NCBI GenBank assembly: GCA_002422265.1
Contig: DIUB01000012.1
Location: 6,204-38,932, forward strand
Direction: 5' to 3'
Origin: Geobacter sp. UBA6169
GTDB taxonomy: Bacteria > Desulfobacterota > Desulfuromonadia > Geobacterales > Pseudopelobacteraceae
Length of the DNA stretch: 32,729 bases
The notes under the pieces were generated by a model, which saw only the letters and a list, made by a program, of their open reading frames with translations, ran no database searches and was not told where the DNA came from. Positions 1 to 9,367 of this stretch are shown here, piece by piece. Both the position numbers and the translations under genes were made by a program. Every line of letters starts with the position of its first letter. Position 1 is the stretch's first letter.

Positions 1-768
1 CTGCTGACCCAGGGGATGGTGATCAAGGACGGCGCCAAGATGAGCAAGTCCAAGGGGAACGTGGTTGACCCGGATGCCCTGATCAAACGCTACGGCGCTG
101 ACACAGCCCGCCTGTTTTCCCTGTTTGCCGCACCGCCGGAAAAGGATCTGGACTGGAACGAGCAGGGGGTTGATGGCTGCTACCGCTTCCTGAACCGGGT
201 CTGGAAACTGGTTCACGAGCAGCTTGAGGCCGCATCTGCGGCTCCTGCGCTTGATCCATCGGCACTGAGTGATGAGGAGCGCAGCCTGCGGCGTGCTGTT
301 CACAAGACCCTCAAGAAAGTGACCGAGGATATTGACGAGCGGTTCCACTTCAATACCGCCATTGCTGCGGTCATGGAGCTGATGAATACGCTGCAGGGGG
401 CCCGTCTGAATACACCCCAGGCTGCAGCGGTCATGAAGGAGGCGCTGGAGCTGGTTGTGGTCATGCTGGCACCGTTTGTGCCGCATATTACGGAAGAACT
501 CTGGCAGCTGCTGGGGCATACCACGCCACTTTCCGCAACAGCCTGGCCTGCCTGGGATAGCGAAGCGGTGGTGGATGAGGAACTGCTGGTGGTGGTGCAG
601 GTCAACGGCAAGCTGCGTTCCAAGCTATCGGTGGCGGTCGGGCTTGATGAAGAGAGTATCAAGCAGATGGCTCTGGCCGATGACAAGGTCAAGGTCTTTA
701 CCGATGGCCTGCAGGTACGCAAGGTGATCTACGTACCGGGCAAGCTGGTGAACATCGTTGTCGGCTAG
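1..768 (+). CDS. leuS: Leucine--tRNA ligase, C-terminal part (5'-truncated by window edge)
   Basis: Frame open from base 1; KMSKSKGN motif, [31 protein letters not shown] and the C-terminal VPGKLVNIV typical of LeuRS; followed by lptE. Confidence 0.98.
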   Translation: MLTQGMVIKDGAKMSKSKGNVVDPDALIKRYGADTARLFSLFAAPPEKDLDWNEQGVDGCYRFLNRVWKLVHEQLEAASAAPALDPSALSDEERSLRRAVHKTLKKVTEDIDERFHFNTAIAAVMELMNTLQGARLNTPQAAAVMKEALELVVVMLAPFVPHITEELWQLLGHTTPLSATAWPAWDSEAVVDEELLVVVQVNGKLRSKLSVAVGLDEESIKQMALADDKVKVFTDGLQVRKVIYVPGKLVNIVVG

Positions 769-1291
769 ATGGTGGGCATATCTGGTGTGTGGCCTGCTGC
801 TGGTGGTGGCCGTTGCCGGCTGCGGTTACCGTTTTACGGCTGATAGTGGTACCCGGTTGCCGGCAGGACAGACGGTCTGGGTGCCGTTCTTCAAGAATGC
901 CACGGTCTATGCCAATGCATCGGTCATCCTGAAACGCGCGGTTTTTGAACAGTTTACCCAGCAGCGCGGCATACTTCCTGCTGCTGATCCGGGCGGGGCT
1001 GATCTGATTGTAGAGGGAACCCTGACTGGCTATGGCGCCGCAGTGGTCAGCTATGCAGCTGCTGACACAGCCAAGGAATATCGGCTGACGCTCTCGGCTG
1101 ACATAACCGTACGCAAACGGGGTGATGGCCAACAGGAGAAACCGCTTTGGAAAGGCAGTGTCTCAGCCTGGCAGGATTACCCGGTGGCCGCCACGGTGGA
1201 ATTACAGCGCAGTAACGAAGATGCTGCTGTTATGGCAGCTGGCCGCAAACTGGCCCAACAGCTGATCTGGAATCTGGAACAGGGATATTGA
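758..1291 (+). CDS. lptE: LPS assembly lipoprotein LptE family
   Basis: Lipobox VAGC(22) followed by GYRF; position directly after leuS as in the conserved leuS-lptE-holA order; TTG start overlaps the leuS end (start uncertain). Confidence 0.85.
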   Translation: MSARWWAYLVCGLLLVVAVAGCGYRFTADSGTRLPAGQTVWVPFFKNATVYANASVILKRAVFEQFTQQRGILPAADPGGADLIVEGTLTGYGAAVVSYAAADTAKEYRLTLSADITVRKRGDGQQEKPLWKGSVSAWQDYPVAATVELQRSNEDAAVMAAGRKLAQQLIWNLEQGY

Positions 1292-1312
1292 TCTGATCAT
1301 GAAAGGTCGCCC

Positions 1313-3328
1313 GTGCGCATGCAGAAGACACCTCTGAGAACGCAATTAATTCTGATCATCGCGGTCCTGTTCCTGGTGTCTGCGGCATCCGTTGCACTGC
1401 TTTTTTCTTATCTTTCATCACGGATTATTGAGGAATTTGCCCTGCGGGTTGCCACGAAGCAGGCGCTTCATGACAAGAATAAGATCATGGCGCTCATTGA
1501 CAGGGAAGTTGCGCTCTCCCTCAAGTTGTCTGATGATGCAGTCATCCGTGCCTTTCTTGCGCATCCTCGTAAAGATCAACGCACTGCAAACGATGCCCTT
1601 GTACAACTGGAAAGTTACCGTCGGTTCTTCCGTGACCAGAGTTATTTTATTGCCGGATTGGCAGATCGCAGCTATTTAAATGCCGATCGTACCGCTGTTC
1701 CAGGCCACCCCCGTCGATCGACGTTACATCCTGACAACCCGATGGACTCCTGGTTTTTCAATGCATTGCAACGGGTTGATACCTTTGAGTTGAACTTGAA
1801 TTGGGATGAATTGATCAAGCAGATCAAGGTATGGGTTAACGTGATCATCCGCGATGACCAGGGAAGCAAGATTGGTGTCGGTGGCACCGGCATTGCCCTT
1901 GGTGACTTTCTTCAGGAAATTGTTCACTCCGGTGAGCCGGGGACCTCGGCAATCCTGATTGACCACCGCGGTATCATCATGGCCCACCAGGACCAACAGC
2001 TGGTGGAACAAAACGCACGGGAACAGAATGTTGATAGGAAGGTCACCATCTACACCATGCTGAAAGATCAAGAAGACGTTCAGCATCTGCAGCAGGCCCT
2101 GAAGCTTCTGTCCGGTGGTACTAAACAGGTGGTTTCGTTCCCGTTGAAGTACGGTGGTCGCCGTTCCGTGGCTGCCGTAACGTTTATGCCGGCCATCAAC
2201 TGGTATACCATTGCCGTGGTAGAGAGCAACCACGCTCTGCAGCCTTCGGTCTTTACCCCGATCATTGCTGTTGGTGTTGTGTCGTTATTGGTGGTGATCT
2301 TGCTGATTACCCTGCTGTTGAACCGCTTGATTCTGCAGCCGTTGAGGCTTTTGACGGAGGCATCTGGCGAGGTAGCCCGTGGAAATTATGCGGTTTCACT
2401 ACCGGTGGTACGTAAAGATGAGATCGGTACATTGACAGAAAGTTTCAACAGTATGGCAGCTATGGTCAGTGAGTACACCGCCACCCTGGAGGAGCGGGTA
2501 CAGCAACGGACCGAGGAGTTGACCAGTGCCAACCAGCTGCTTGAAGCCTCCCAGGCCGATATTATGGAGAGTCTGCATTACGCCCGGGTGATCCAGTCCT
2601 CAATCCTGCCGGATCGGCGGCAGCTTGATCAGCTGTTTACTGCCTGGTTCGTGTTGTATCAGCCCTGTGCTGTTGTAGGAGGAGATCTCTACTGGATTCG
2701 TCGTGCTTCTGAAAACCGTCTGCTGGTTGCTGTGCTGGATTGTACCGGGCACGGTGTACCGGGGGCCTTTATGACCATGACGGTCAATGCGGTGTTAAAT
2801 ACCGTGGTGGATACCATCTGCAATGACAATCCATCTCGGATATTGCAGGAGACCAATCGGATGCTGCAGGATACGCTCCGGCTTCGCCAGGAGGGTGAGA
2901 GCACGGTAGACGCCGGGCTGGAGATCGGGCTCTGCTGTATTGATCCGGGACAATGTCGGCTACAGTTTGCCGGAGCCGGTATTGCGCTCTGGATGTCTGA
3001 TGCCTCTGGAGTGCGAGAGATCAAGGGAGAACGTCATCGGATCGGGTACCGCACCAGTGATTGCACCTACTGCTGCCAAAACCATCAGGTGAGCCTGCAG
3101 CAGGATACCGTTTTTTACCTGACGACTGACGGTTTACTGGATGAGAGTGGTGGCCCCAAAGGATATGGTTTTGGTACCGACAGGTTCCGCCAGTTGTTGA
3201 CGGACCACCGTCATCTGAGTCTCCCGGAGCAGCAGCAGGCCATTGTGCAGAGGCTTGAGGCCTGGCGTGGTTCCAGAAGGCAGCGTGACGATATTTGTGT
3301 GCTTGGTTTCAAAAATCTGAAAGCATAA
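1313..3328 (+). CDS. siaA: SiaA-type membrane PP2C/SpoIIE phosphatase (TM-periplasmic Cache-like-TM-HAMP-PP2C)
   Basis: Two hydrophobic segments; HAMP (PLRLLTEAS...DEIGTLTESFNSM); PP2C motifs VGGDLY, DCTGHGVPGA, TTDG, QRDDI; followed by siaB/C/D-like genes. Confidence 0.88.
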   Translation: MRMQKTPLRTQLILIIAVLFLVSAASVALLFSYLSSRIIEEFALRVATKQALHDKNKIMALIDREVALSLKLSDDAVIRAFLAHPRKDQRTANDALVQLESYRRFFRDQSYFIAGLADRSYLNADRTAVPGHPRRSTLHPDNPMDSWFFNALQRVDTFELNLNWDELIKQIKVWVNVIIRDDQGSKIGVGGTGIALGDFLQEIVHSGEPGTSAILIDHRGIIMAHQDQQLVEQNAREQNVDRKVTIYTMLKDQEDVQHLQQALKLLSGGTKQVVSFPLKYGGRRSVAAVTFMPAINWYTIAVVESNHALQPSVFTPIIAVGVVSLLVVILLITLLLNRLILQPLRLLTEASGEVARGNYAVSLPVVRKDEIGTLTESFNSMAAMVSEYTATLEERVQQRTEELTSANQLLEASQADIMESLHYARVIQSSILPDRRQLDQLFTAWFVLYQPCAVVGGDLYWIRRASENRLLVAVLDCTGHGVPGAFMTMTVNAVLNTVVDTICNDNPSRILQETNRMLQDTLRLRQEGESTVDAGLEIGLCCIDPGQCRLQFAGAGIALWMSDASGVREIKGERHRIGYRTSDCTYCCQNHQVSLQQDTVFYLTTDGLLDESGGPKGYGFGTDRFRQLLTDHRHLSLPEQQQAIVQRLEAWRGSRRQRDDICVLGFKNLKA

Positions 3329-3347
3329 CAGGGAAAGGGGAATCTGT

Positions 3348-3878
3348 ATGGATCTGTATTCCTTGCGTGAGCAATTTGATGCATCTGGGATGATGATCTG
3401 TTTCAACGGGCCGTTTTCGCACAGCATCATCGAAGAGTTGGGCACAGCACTCCGCAACCACCTGGCAGACGAAAACATCGGGAAGGCCGCCGTACTGGAT
3501 GTCTTTGCGACCTACATTGAACTGGCTCAGAACGTGCGGAACTATCAGACCCTCCGTTCGTTGGGTCAGGGAGAAACCGCTGCATCCATTATTACCATTT
3601 CACGCTGGAACAGCGGCTATGCGGTTTCTTCCGGCAACATGGTTATAAAAGAAGACGCCGCCTCGCTGTGTGAACGCATAGCAGAACTTAATGCTCTTGC
3701 CCCTGACGAACTGAAGCGTCGTTATAAGGAGCAAATGCGACGTGAGGTTCCGCCTGACGCACTGGGGGCCGGGCTGGGTCTGCTGGAGATCGCTCGACGT
3801 TCTTCTAGTCCCATGACCTGTGCCGTACGCGAACTGGACGGGCCTTTTACCTTTTTCAGTCTGACTGCCTACATTTGA
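3348..3878 (+). CDS. siaB: SiaB-type protein kinase (GHKL-like)
   Basis: ICFNGPFSHSIIEELG, ELAQNVRNY, SSGN and GAGLGLLEIARRS motifs; operon context. Confidence 0.88.
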   Translation: MDLYSLREQFDASGMMICFNGPFSHSIIEELGTALRNHLADENIGKAAVLDVFATYIELAQNVRNYQTLRSLGQGETAASIITISRWNSGYAVSSGNMVIKEDAASLCERIAELNALAPDELKRRYKEQMRREVPPDALGAGLGLLEIARRSSSPMTCAVRELDGPFTFFSLTAYI

Positions 3879-3897
3879 CAGCATCGGAGAATCTGCA

Positions 3898-4272
3898 ATG
3901 GATCATCCTTCACGACCTCAGACCCAATCCACACCAATGATTTCGTTTGACGAGACCGCGCACACCCTCTGCATTGTCGGCGAATCGTTTCCTGAAAACT
4001 CTTTTACCTTTTATGCGCCGGTACTGGATTGGCTGAAACAGTACCTGAAGAACAGCCAGGCTCTGGTTCTGGATCTTGCCATCACCTACATGAACAGCAG
4101 TAGTACCAAGTGCATGCTCGATCTACTTGATTTGATGGAGGATGCAAATGCCAGGGGGGTGAAGGTGTCGATCATCTGGCGCTTTGATCGTGAAAACCCG
4201 CGATCAATTGAACTGGCGGAAGAATTTTCTGAAGAAGTGACCTTTCCGTTTGAAATTGTGGCAATTTCGTGA
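3898..4272 (+). CDS. siaC: SiaC-type phosphoacceptor (DUF1987, STAS-like)
   Basis: GESFPEN..FY.P, YMNSSSTK and ELAEEF motifs; GGAG upstream; lies between siaB and a GGDEF gene. Confidence 0.88.
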   Translation: MDHPSRPQTQSTPMISFDETAHTLCIVGESFPENSFTFYAPVLDWLKQYLKNSQALVLDLAITYMNSSSTKCMLDLLDLMEDANARGVKVSIIWRFDRENPRSIELAEEFSEEVTFPFEIVAIS

Positions 4273-5465
4273 CAACACGCGCAAAAGGTACATCGGAACA
4301 CAGGCAGCCTGCTGACGAACTGCAGGCACGGATAGAACAGGTGTTGGCTGATCCTCCTGACGATCGGACCGCCCTTCTGGCTGAATATTTCGTGCTTGCC
4401 GAGCAGTATGGCAAGCTGCATCACCAGCTCTATAAAACCATCGCTATCAGCGATACCTATCAGCAGCAGATGCGTGAGCTCTCCCATCAGCTGGAGCTGT
4501 CTGCTGAAAAACTTCGCCGGCTGCGTGAGATAGCGCTGCCGATCTGTATGTATTGCCACAAGATCCGCACCGACGACGACTACTGGCAACGGCTTGAGAC
4601 CTATTTCAGTAGCCACGTGGATATCATGTTCAGCCACGGCATCTGCCCGGACTGTGTCAAAGCTACCTACAGCAAGCTGGGCGAGCGGGCAACATCTTTG
4701 CCGGATGTTGAGGCGTTGTCACTGTCGCCTGGCTCCCGTACCAAAGCGAACGTGCAGTACCAGGATGATGAACCCCTGCGGGAGATGAAGGAGCTGTTGC
4801 AGCGGGTCTCGTCAGCAGGCGACCCGCTCACGCCGGAGCTGGTCAAGATCGTTGAACGTTACGGCAAGTTGCTGCGTCGTTTTAACAAGACGGTCGTCAT
4901 CAGCGATTCGTATCAATTTCAGTTGCATGACCTAAACATGCGGTTGGAACTGATGGTGCGGACCGATATCATGACCGGTCTGGCCAACCGGATGGAGATG
5001 CTGAACCAGCTTGCGATCGAGCAGAAACGTTCTGAACGTCATGGCAAGGTGTTCTCACTGCTGCTGGGGGACCTTGATTTTTTCAAACAGATCAATGATA
5101 CCTTCGGGCATCTGGCCGGTGATCGGGTGTTACGCCAAGTGGCGGCCCGGTTGCGTGAACTGCTGAGGAGTGAGGATGTCTGCGCCCGCTGGGGCGGGGA
5201 AGAATTCATGATCCTGCTGCCGGAAACCCCCTTGGAGCAGGCCCTGGTTGTGGCAAACAAGCTGAGCACCGCAATCCGTGAGCTCCAGATTCCGTGGGAA
5301 GATCACACATTAAGCATTACTATCAGTTTTGGAGTAGGGCAGTTTGAGCTGGGTAGTAGTATTGATACTTTTATTCAGCATGTGGATAATGCCCTGTACC
5401 AAGCCAAGCGTCTGGGAAGAAACCGTGTGGAACAGAGCGCTGTCGGCGGAGTAACGAACGAATGA
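4269..5465 (+). CDS. siaD: SiaD-type diguanylate cyclase with duplicated N-terminal helix and Cys4 insert
   Basis: TDIMTGLANR, DLDFFKQINDTFGHLAGD, RSED I-site five residues before GGEEF; N-terminal ISDxYQ helices; GTG start overlaps the siaC stop (GTGA). Confidence 0.85.
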   Translation: MTTRAKGTSEHRQPADELQARIEQVLADPPDDRTALLAEYFVLAEQYGKLHHQLYKTIAISDTYQQQMRELSHQLELSAEKLRRLREIALPICMYCHKIRTDDDYWQRLETYFSSHVDIMFSHGICPDCVKATYSKLGERATSLPDVEALSLSPGSRTKANVQYQDDEPLREMKELLQRVSSAGDPLTPELVKIVERYGKLLRRFNKTVVISDSYQFQLHDLNMRLELMVRTDIMTGLANRMEMLNQLAIEQKRSERHGKVFSLLLGDLDFFKQINDTFGHLAGDRVLRQVAARLRELLRSEDVCARWGGEEFMILLPETPLEQALVVANKLSTAIRELQIPWEDHTLSITISFGVGQFELGSSIDTFIQHVDNALYQAKRLGRNRVEQSAVGGVTNE

Positions 5466-6457
5466 CCGAACAGGATCTTGACAAGCAGATAAAGACCGGC
5501 AGCCTTTTGCCGGTTTATTTTTTATATGGTGATGAACCGTTTCTGGTGGATCGCGCTGCCCGGCGGATCATGGAGCAGGCAATAGATCCGGCCATGAAAG
5601 ACTTTAACCTGAATGTCTACTACGGGGCAGAGTGCAAGGGAACCGAGATACTTGACACGGCCCAGACCCTGCCGATGTTCAGTGACCGGAGGCTGGTGGT
5701 GGTCAGGCAGACCGACAAGCTGCCGGTGGCAACCCAGGAAGGGCTCTTGCCGTATCTTGCCAACCCTTGCCCTGAAACCTGCCTGCTGTTTCTGGCTGCC
5801 AAACCTGATCTGCGGCGCAAGTTTTTTGCTGAGCTGAAGAAGCAGCAGGGAACCTTGGAGTTCAAGAAGCTGTACGACAATAAGCTGGTGCCGTTTATTT
5901 CAGCAGAAGCGCAGACCCAGGGAAAGAAAATCGACGGGGCAGGGGCTGAGATGCTGGCTTTTCTGGTGGGCAACAATCTGCAGGAACTGGTCTCGCAGAT
6001 CGAAAAGGCAGCCCTGTACGTCGGCACCAGACCGGTGATCGGGGTGGAGGATGTCAAGGCGATTGTCAGCCAGAGCAAGGAGTACAGTGCCTTTGAACTG
6101 GCCCGATTCATGGGAGAGAAAAATCTGCCTAAGGCGCTTGCCACTTTGCAGTCCATGCTGCAAAACGGTGAAGAGGCAATTATGATCCTGGGAGCCTTGG
6201 CCAGTCATTTCCGCCGGATCTGGCGAATCAGAGAACTGCTTGATCAGAAGATAACTCCGGTTGATATCAGCAAGCAGCTGAAGATTCATCAGTTTTTTTT
6301 GAACGAGCAGATATCGCAGGCCAGGAAATATCCGGTGACGGAGCTTGAAGTCCTGTTTGAACGGCTCTATCAGGGGGATGTGGGGATCAAGACCGGGGCT
6401 TCATCGGCCACGGTGCTGCAGGGGGTGGTGTATGACAGTTGCAAGGGGAGCGCATAA
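5462..6457 (+). CDS. holA: DNA polymerase III subunit delta
   Basis: PVYFLYGDEPF, DFNLNVYYG and TLPMFSDRRLVVV motifs; 331 aa; next to rpsT. Confidence 0.95.
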   Translation: MTEQDLDKQIKTGSLLPVYFLYGDEPFLVDRAARRIMEQAIDPAMKDFNLNVYYGAECKGTEILDTAQTLPMFSDRRLVVVRQTDKLPVATQEGLLPYLANPCPETCLLFLAAKPDLRRKFFAELKKQQGTLEFKKLYDNKLVPFISAEAQTQGKKIDGAGAEMLAFLVGNNLQELVSQIEKAALYVGTRPVIGVEDVKAIVSQSKEYSAFELARFMGEKNLPKALATLQSMLQNGEEAIMILGALASHFRRIWRIRELLDQKITPVDISKQLKIHQFFLNEQISQARKYPVTELEVLFERLYQGDVGIKTGASSATVLQGVVYDSCKGSA

Positions 6458-6489
6458 CGCTGCACAAGCAGGAATAGACAAAGAAACAG

Positions 6490-6525
6490 CAAAAGGGCCT
6501 CTGCCGTATGGCGGAGGCCCTTTTG
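6490..6525. terminator. Bidirectional intrinsic terminator between convergent holA and rpsT
   Basis: CAAAAGGGCCTCTGCC-GTAT-GGCGGAGGCCCTTTTG inverted repeat with A/T tracts on both sides. Confidence 0.85.
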
Positions 6526-6549
6526 GGTATGTTGTCACAGCGGAGTCTG

Positions 6550-6813
6550 CTAGCCCAGTGTGTTAACCAGCTTGGTCAGACGAGAGACATTGCGTGAGGC
6601 GTTGGACGAATGAATGACCCCTTTGGTAGCAGTTTTGTCAATGACCGGGATTGCAGCCTTCAATGCGGCCACCGCTGCCTCTTTATCTTTGCTCTCAACC
6701 GCTTCACGGACCCGCTTGATGTAGGTCTTGAGGGTTGACTTCTGATGACGGTTACGGGCATTGCGCTTTTCGTTCTGCTTGATACGCTTGATTGCCGATT
6801 TGTGATGTGCCAC
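6550..6813 (-). CDS. rpsT: 30S ribosomal protein S20
   Basis: [21 protein letters not shown]...[16 protein letters not shown]; 87 aa; GGAGG SD before GTG start. Confidence 0.98.
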   Translation of the reverse strand: MAHHKSAIKRIKQNEKRNARNRHQKSTLKTYIKRVREAVESKDKEAAVAALKAAIPVIDKTATKGVIHSSNASRNVSRLTKLVNTLG

Positions 6814-6878
6814 GTGTTACCTCCGCATGAATATACAGCAGATCAATGCTGCAGATGTTTAGTAGAATAGAAGCGAAA

Positions 6879-6907
6879 TTTTTAGCACTCCATGAAACGG
6901 GTGTCAA
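6879..6907 (-). promoter_or_regulatory. Putative sigma70 promoter of rpsT
   Basis: TTGACA (6907-6902), 17-nt spacer, TAAAAA (6884-6879) preceded by TGn; the -10 is imperfect. Confidence 0.5.
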
Positions 6908-6920
6908 GGATAAAGTACTG

Positions 6921-7547
6921 TTATGCAGCACTGATGACGACCTTACGGCCATCTACCATGAGTCTGCCGTCACAAAAGAGGCGTACTGCCTCAACATAGG
7001 TGCGGTGCTCTTCGCCATGGATACGCTGGGTCAGGGTTTCCAGGGTGTCATCCTGCAGCACCGGCACTACCGTCTGCAGAATGATTGGGCCGGTGTCGGT
7101 ACCGCTGTCGACAAAATGGACAGTGCAACCGGTGTAGCGAACGCCGTAATCAAAAGCCTGTTTCTGGGCATCAAGGCCGGGGAAGGCAGGCAGCAGGGCA
7201 GGGTGGATATTGATGATGGCATTGGGAAAAGCTTCAATCATGACCGGTGATAACAGTCGGATAAAACCAGCCAAAACTACCAGATGTACACCATGTTGTT
7301 TTAAAAGTTCCACCAAGGCCGTGTCATAGGCCTGACGGTTCGGGTACTGCTTGTGATCCAGGATTAGCGCCGGGATGTTGTGCTTGCGTGCCCGCTCCAG
7401 CGCAAAGGCGTCAGGTTTGTTACTGATCAGACAGGCGATCCGGGCGTTTTTGATGCGCCCGGCCTCCAGTGCATCCACGATAGCCTGAAAATTTGATCCG
7501 TTGCCTGATACCAGGACGGCAATAACGGTTTCTTTGGCTGTACTCAT
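6921..7547 (-). CDS. purN: Phosphoribosylglycinamide formyltransferase
   Basis: [38 protein letters not shown] and DTGPII motifs; ATGA overlap with purM. Confidence 0.98.
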   Translation of the reverse strand: MSTAKETVIAVLVSGNGSNFQAIVDALEAGRIKNARIACLISNKPDAFALERARKHNIPALILDHKQYPNRQAYDTALVELLKQHGVHLVVLAGFIRLLSPVMIEAFPNAIINIHPALLPAFPGLDAQKQAFDYGVRYTGCTVHFVDSGTDTGPIILQTVVPVLQDDTLETLTQRIHGEEHRTYVEAVRLFCDGRLMVDGRKVVISAA

Positions 7548-8593
7548 ACCAGTACTACCTGTTCGGTCTGGCTTTTACTCATCCCTTTTACCTCACCGAT
7601 CAGCCAGGCCTGTTCGCCGAGACCGTGCAGTCGCGACAGGATGTCGTCTACATCGCCTTTGTCTACGGCCAGTACCATGCCGACCCCCATATTAAAGGTG
7701 CGGTACATCTCGGCCTGCTCCACGTTGCCCCCCTTTTGCAGGAGCGGAAAAATTGCCGGCATCTGCCAGGTTCCCAGCTTGAAATGAGCTGCAGAGCCTT
7801 TGGGCAGGATGCGGGGTACGTTTTCCAGCAGACCACCGCCGGTGATATGGGCAATGCCGTTGATCTTGAAGTCTTTGATCAGATTCAGTACCGAGCGAAC
7901 ATAGATCCGGGTGGGGGTCAGCAGCTCTTCAGCCACTGTTCTGGTGGCACCAGGCAGGGGACTGGTGATGGTGAGCCCCATCAGATCAAAGATGATCCGG
8001 CGCGCCAGAGAGTAGCCGTTGCTGTGCAGGCCGCTTGAGCCGATACCGATCAGTTTGTTGCCGACGGTGATGGAGGAGCCGTCGATGATCTGATCCTTTT
8101 CAACCACACCAACCGTGAAGCCGGCGATATCATATTCGCCGTCGCTGTAAAAACCGGGCATTTCAGCGGTTTCACCACCGATCAGGGCGCAGCCTGCCTG
8201 ACGGCAACCTTCGGCAATACCGGCTACCACCTGTGCAGCTTTTTCAGGTTCAAGTCGACCGGTTGCCAGATAATCCAGGAAAAAGAGCGGTTCGGCGCCC
8301 TGTACCACGATGTCGTTGACACACATGGCCACCAGATCGATTCCCACACTGTCGTGGCAATCGGCAAGAAAGGCCAGCTTCAGTTTGGTGCCAACCCCAT
8401 CGGTACCGGAAACCAGTACCGGATTTTTATATTTACTTGCGTTCAACGAAAATAATCCGCCAAAACCGCCCAATTCAGTCATGACTTCAGGCCGAAAGGT
8501 CGATTTTACCAGCGGCTTGATCATCTGGACAAAGCTGTTGCCGGCTGCGATGTCAACGCCGGCCTCCTTGTATGTAGCGCTCGGTGTGGTCAC
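7544..8593 (-). CDS. purM: Phosphoribosylformylglycinamidine cyclo-ligase
   Basis: [50 protein letters not shown] and TFNMGVG motifs; AAGGAG SD before GTG. Confidence 0.98.
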   Translation of the reverse strand: MTTPSATYKEAGVDIAAGNSFVQMIKPLVKSTFRPEVMTELGGFGGLFSLNASKYKNPVLVSGTDGVGTKLKLAFLADCHDSVGIDLVAMCVNDIVVQGAEPLFFLDYLATGRLEPEKAAQVVAGIAEGCRQAGCALIGGETAEMPGFYSDGEYDIAGFTVGVVEKDQIIDGSSITVGNKLIGIGSSGLHSNGYSLARRIIFDLMGLTITSPLPGATRTVAEELLTPTRIYVRSVLNLIKDFKINGIAHITGGGLLENVPRILPKGSAAHFKLGTWQMPAIFPLLQKGGNVEQAEMYRTFNMGVGMVLAVDKGDVDDILSRLHGLGEQAWLIGEVKGMSKSQTEQVVLV

Positions 8594-8656
8594 TTGATAC
8601 GACTCCTTGTCTGGCTGTGAAATCCAGCAGTATTGTGCTCTGGTTGGAAAGTTACC

Positions 8657-8685
8657 TTTCTAGCCAATCAGCCTGCAAAAGTCAA
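8657..8685 (-). promoter_or_regulatory. Possible sigma70 promoter of purMN
   Basis: TTGACT (8685-8680), 17 nt, TAGAAA (8662-8657); the -10 is imperfect. Confidence 0.35.
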
Positions 8686-8725
8686 TCAGCTCTCAGTAGA
8701 TCAAGGAGGTCGGGACAGTTTAGGC

Positions 8726-8756
8726 TTGACAGGGGAGCCGTTTTTGCCGTTATTGT
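8726..8756 (+). promoter_or_regulatory. Possible sigma70 promoter of slt-pgsA-kamA
   Basis: Perfect TTGACA at 8726-8731; best -10 is TATTGT at 8751-8756 with a non-optimal 19-nt spacer. Confidence 0.35.
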
Positions 8757-8765
8757 AGCACTATC

Positions 8766-9362
8766 ATGGGCTTGAGTTACGCATGGTATACGGGTCTTGT
8801 CGGCCTTTTGCTGTACGGACTGCTGGCAGCTCCGTTATCAGCCACAGCAGACATCTATCGGTATGAAGATGAAGAAGGGGTATTGCATTTTACGGACGCT
8901 CCTACCCATAAAAAGTTCAAGATTTTTCTGCGTGATCTTCGCAAAGACAAACAGTTACGCACCCGATTCAAGGTAGCTTCCAGAAATCCTCAGGAGTTTG
9001 AACATCTGATTACGGCTGCTTCAGCAAAGTACGGGGTAAGCGCTTCCCTGATCAGGGCGGTGATTCAGGCTGAATCCGGCTACAATCCCCAGGCGGTATC
9101 CCGTGCCGGTGCCGGTGGCCTGATGCAACTGATGCCGGGTACGGCCAGACAGCTGAAGGTGGCTGATCGCTTTGATCCCGGTCAGAATGTGGATGGAGGG
9201 GTGCGCTACCTCAAGTTTCTGCTGGACACCTTCAAGGGGGACGTCTCTCTGGCACTGGCCGCCTATAATGCCGGTTTGTCCAATGTTGCCAAATACGGTG
9301 GTATTCCACCTTTCGAAGAAACCCGTACCTATGTCAGCCGTGTCCTTGCTTTTATGAGATAA
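8766..9362 (+). CDS. Lytic transglycosylase (SLT domain) with N-terminal DUF4124-like segment
   Basis: Signal peptide; ADIYRYEDEEGVLHFTD; AVIQAES catalytic Glu; GLMQLMP; AAYNAG; ETRTYV. Confidence 0.92.
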   Translation: MGLSYAWYTGLVGLLLYGLLAAPLSATADIYRYEDEEGVLHFTDAPTHKKFKIFLRDLRKDKQLRTRFKVASRNPQEFEHLITAASAKYGVSASLIRAVIQAESGYNPQAVSRAGAGGLMQLMPGTARQLKVADRFDPGQNVDGGVRYLKFLLDTFKGDVSLALAAYNAGLSNVAKYGGIPPFEETRTYVSRVLAFMR

Positions 9363-9367
9363 CAACC

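Noticed and set aside
1288-1300. FNR/CRP-like site TTGAT-CTG-ATCAT
   Set aside because: The spacer is 3 nt rather than the 4 nt required by TTGAT-N4-ATCAA, and the second half-site is imperfect.
1292-1312. c-di-GMP riboswitch or mobile-element end before siaA
   Set aside because: The gap is only 21 nt; no riboswitch fold, inverted repeat or target-site duplication matching the siaD/holA junction is visible.
4545-4559. CxxCH (CMYCH) heme c-binding motif in SiaD
   Set aside because: The protein has no signal peptide and is cytoplasmic. The motif is the first half of an LPICxxCxKIR...SHGICPDC four-Cys module, better explained as metal binding.
8594-8765. Purine/ZTP riboswitch upstream of purM
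   Set aside because: No recognisable aptamer or terminator hairpin; the short gap is accounted for by divergent promoter candidates.
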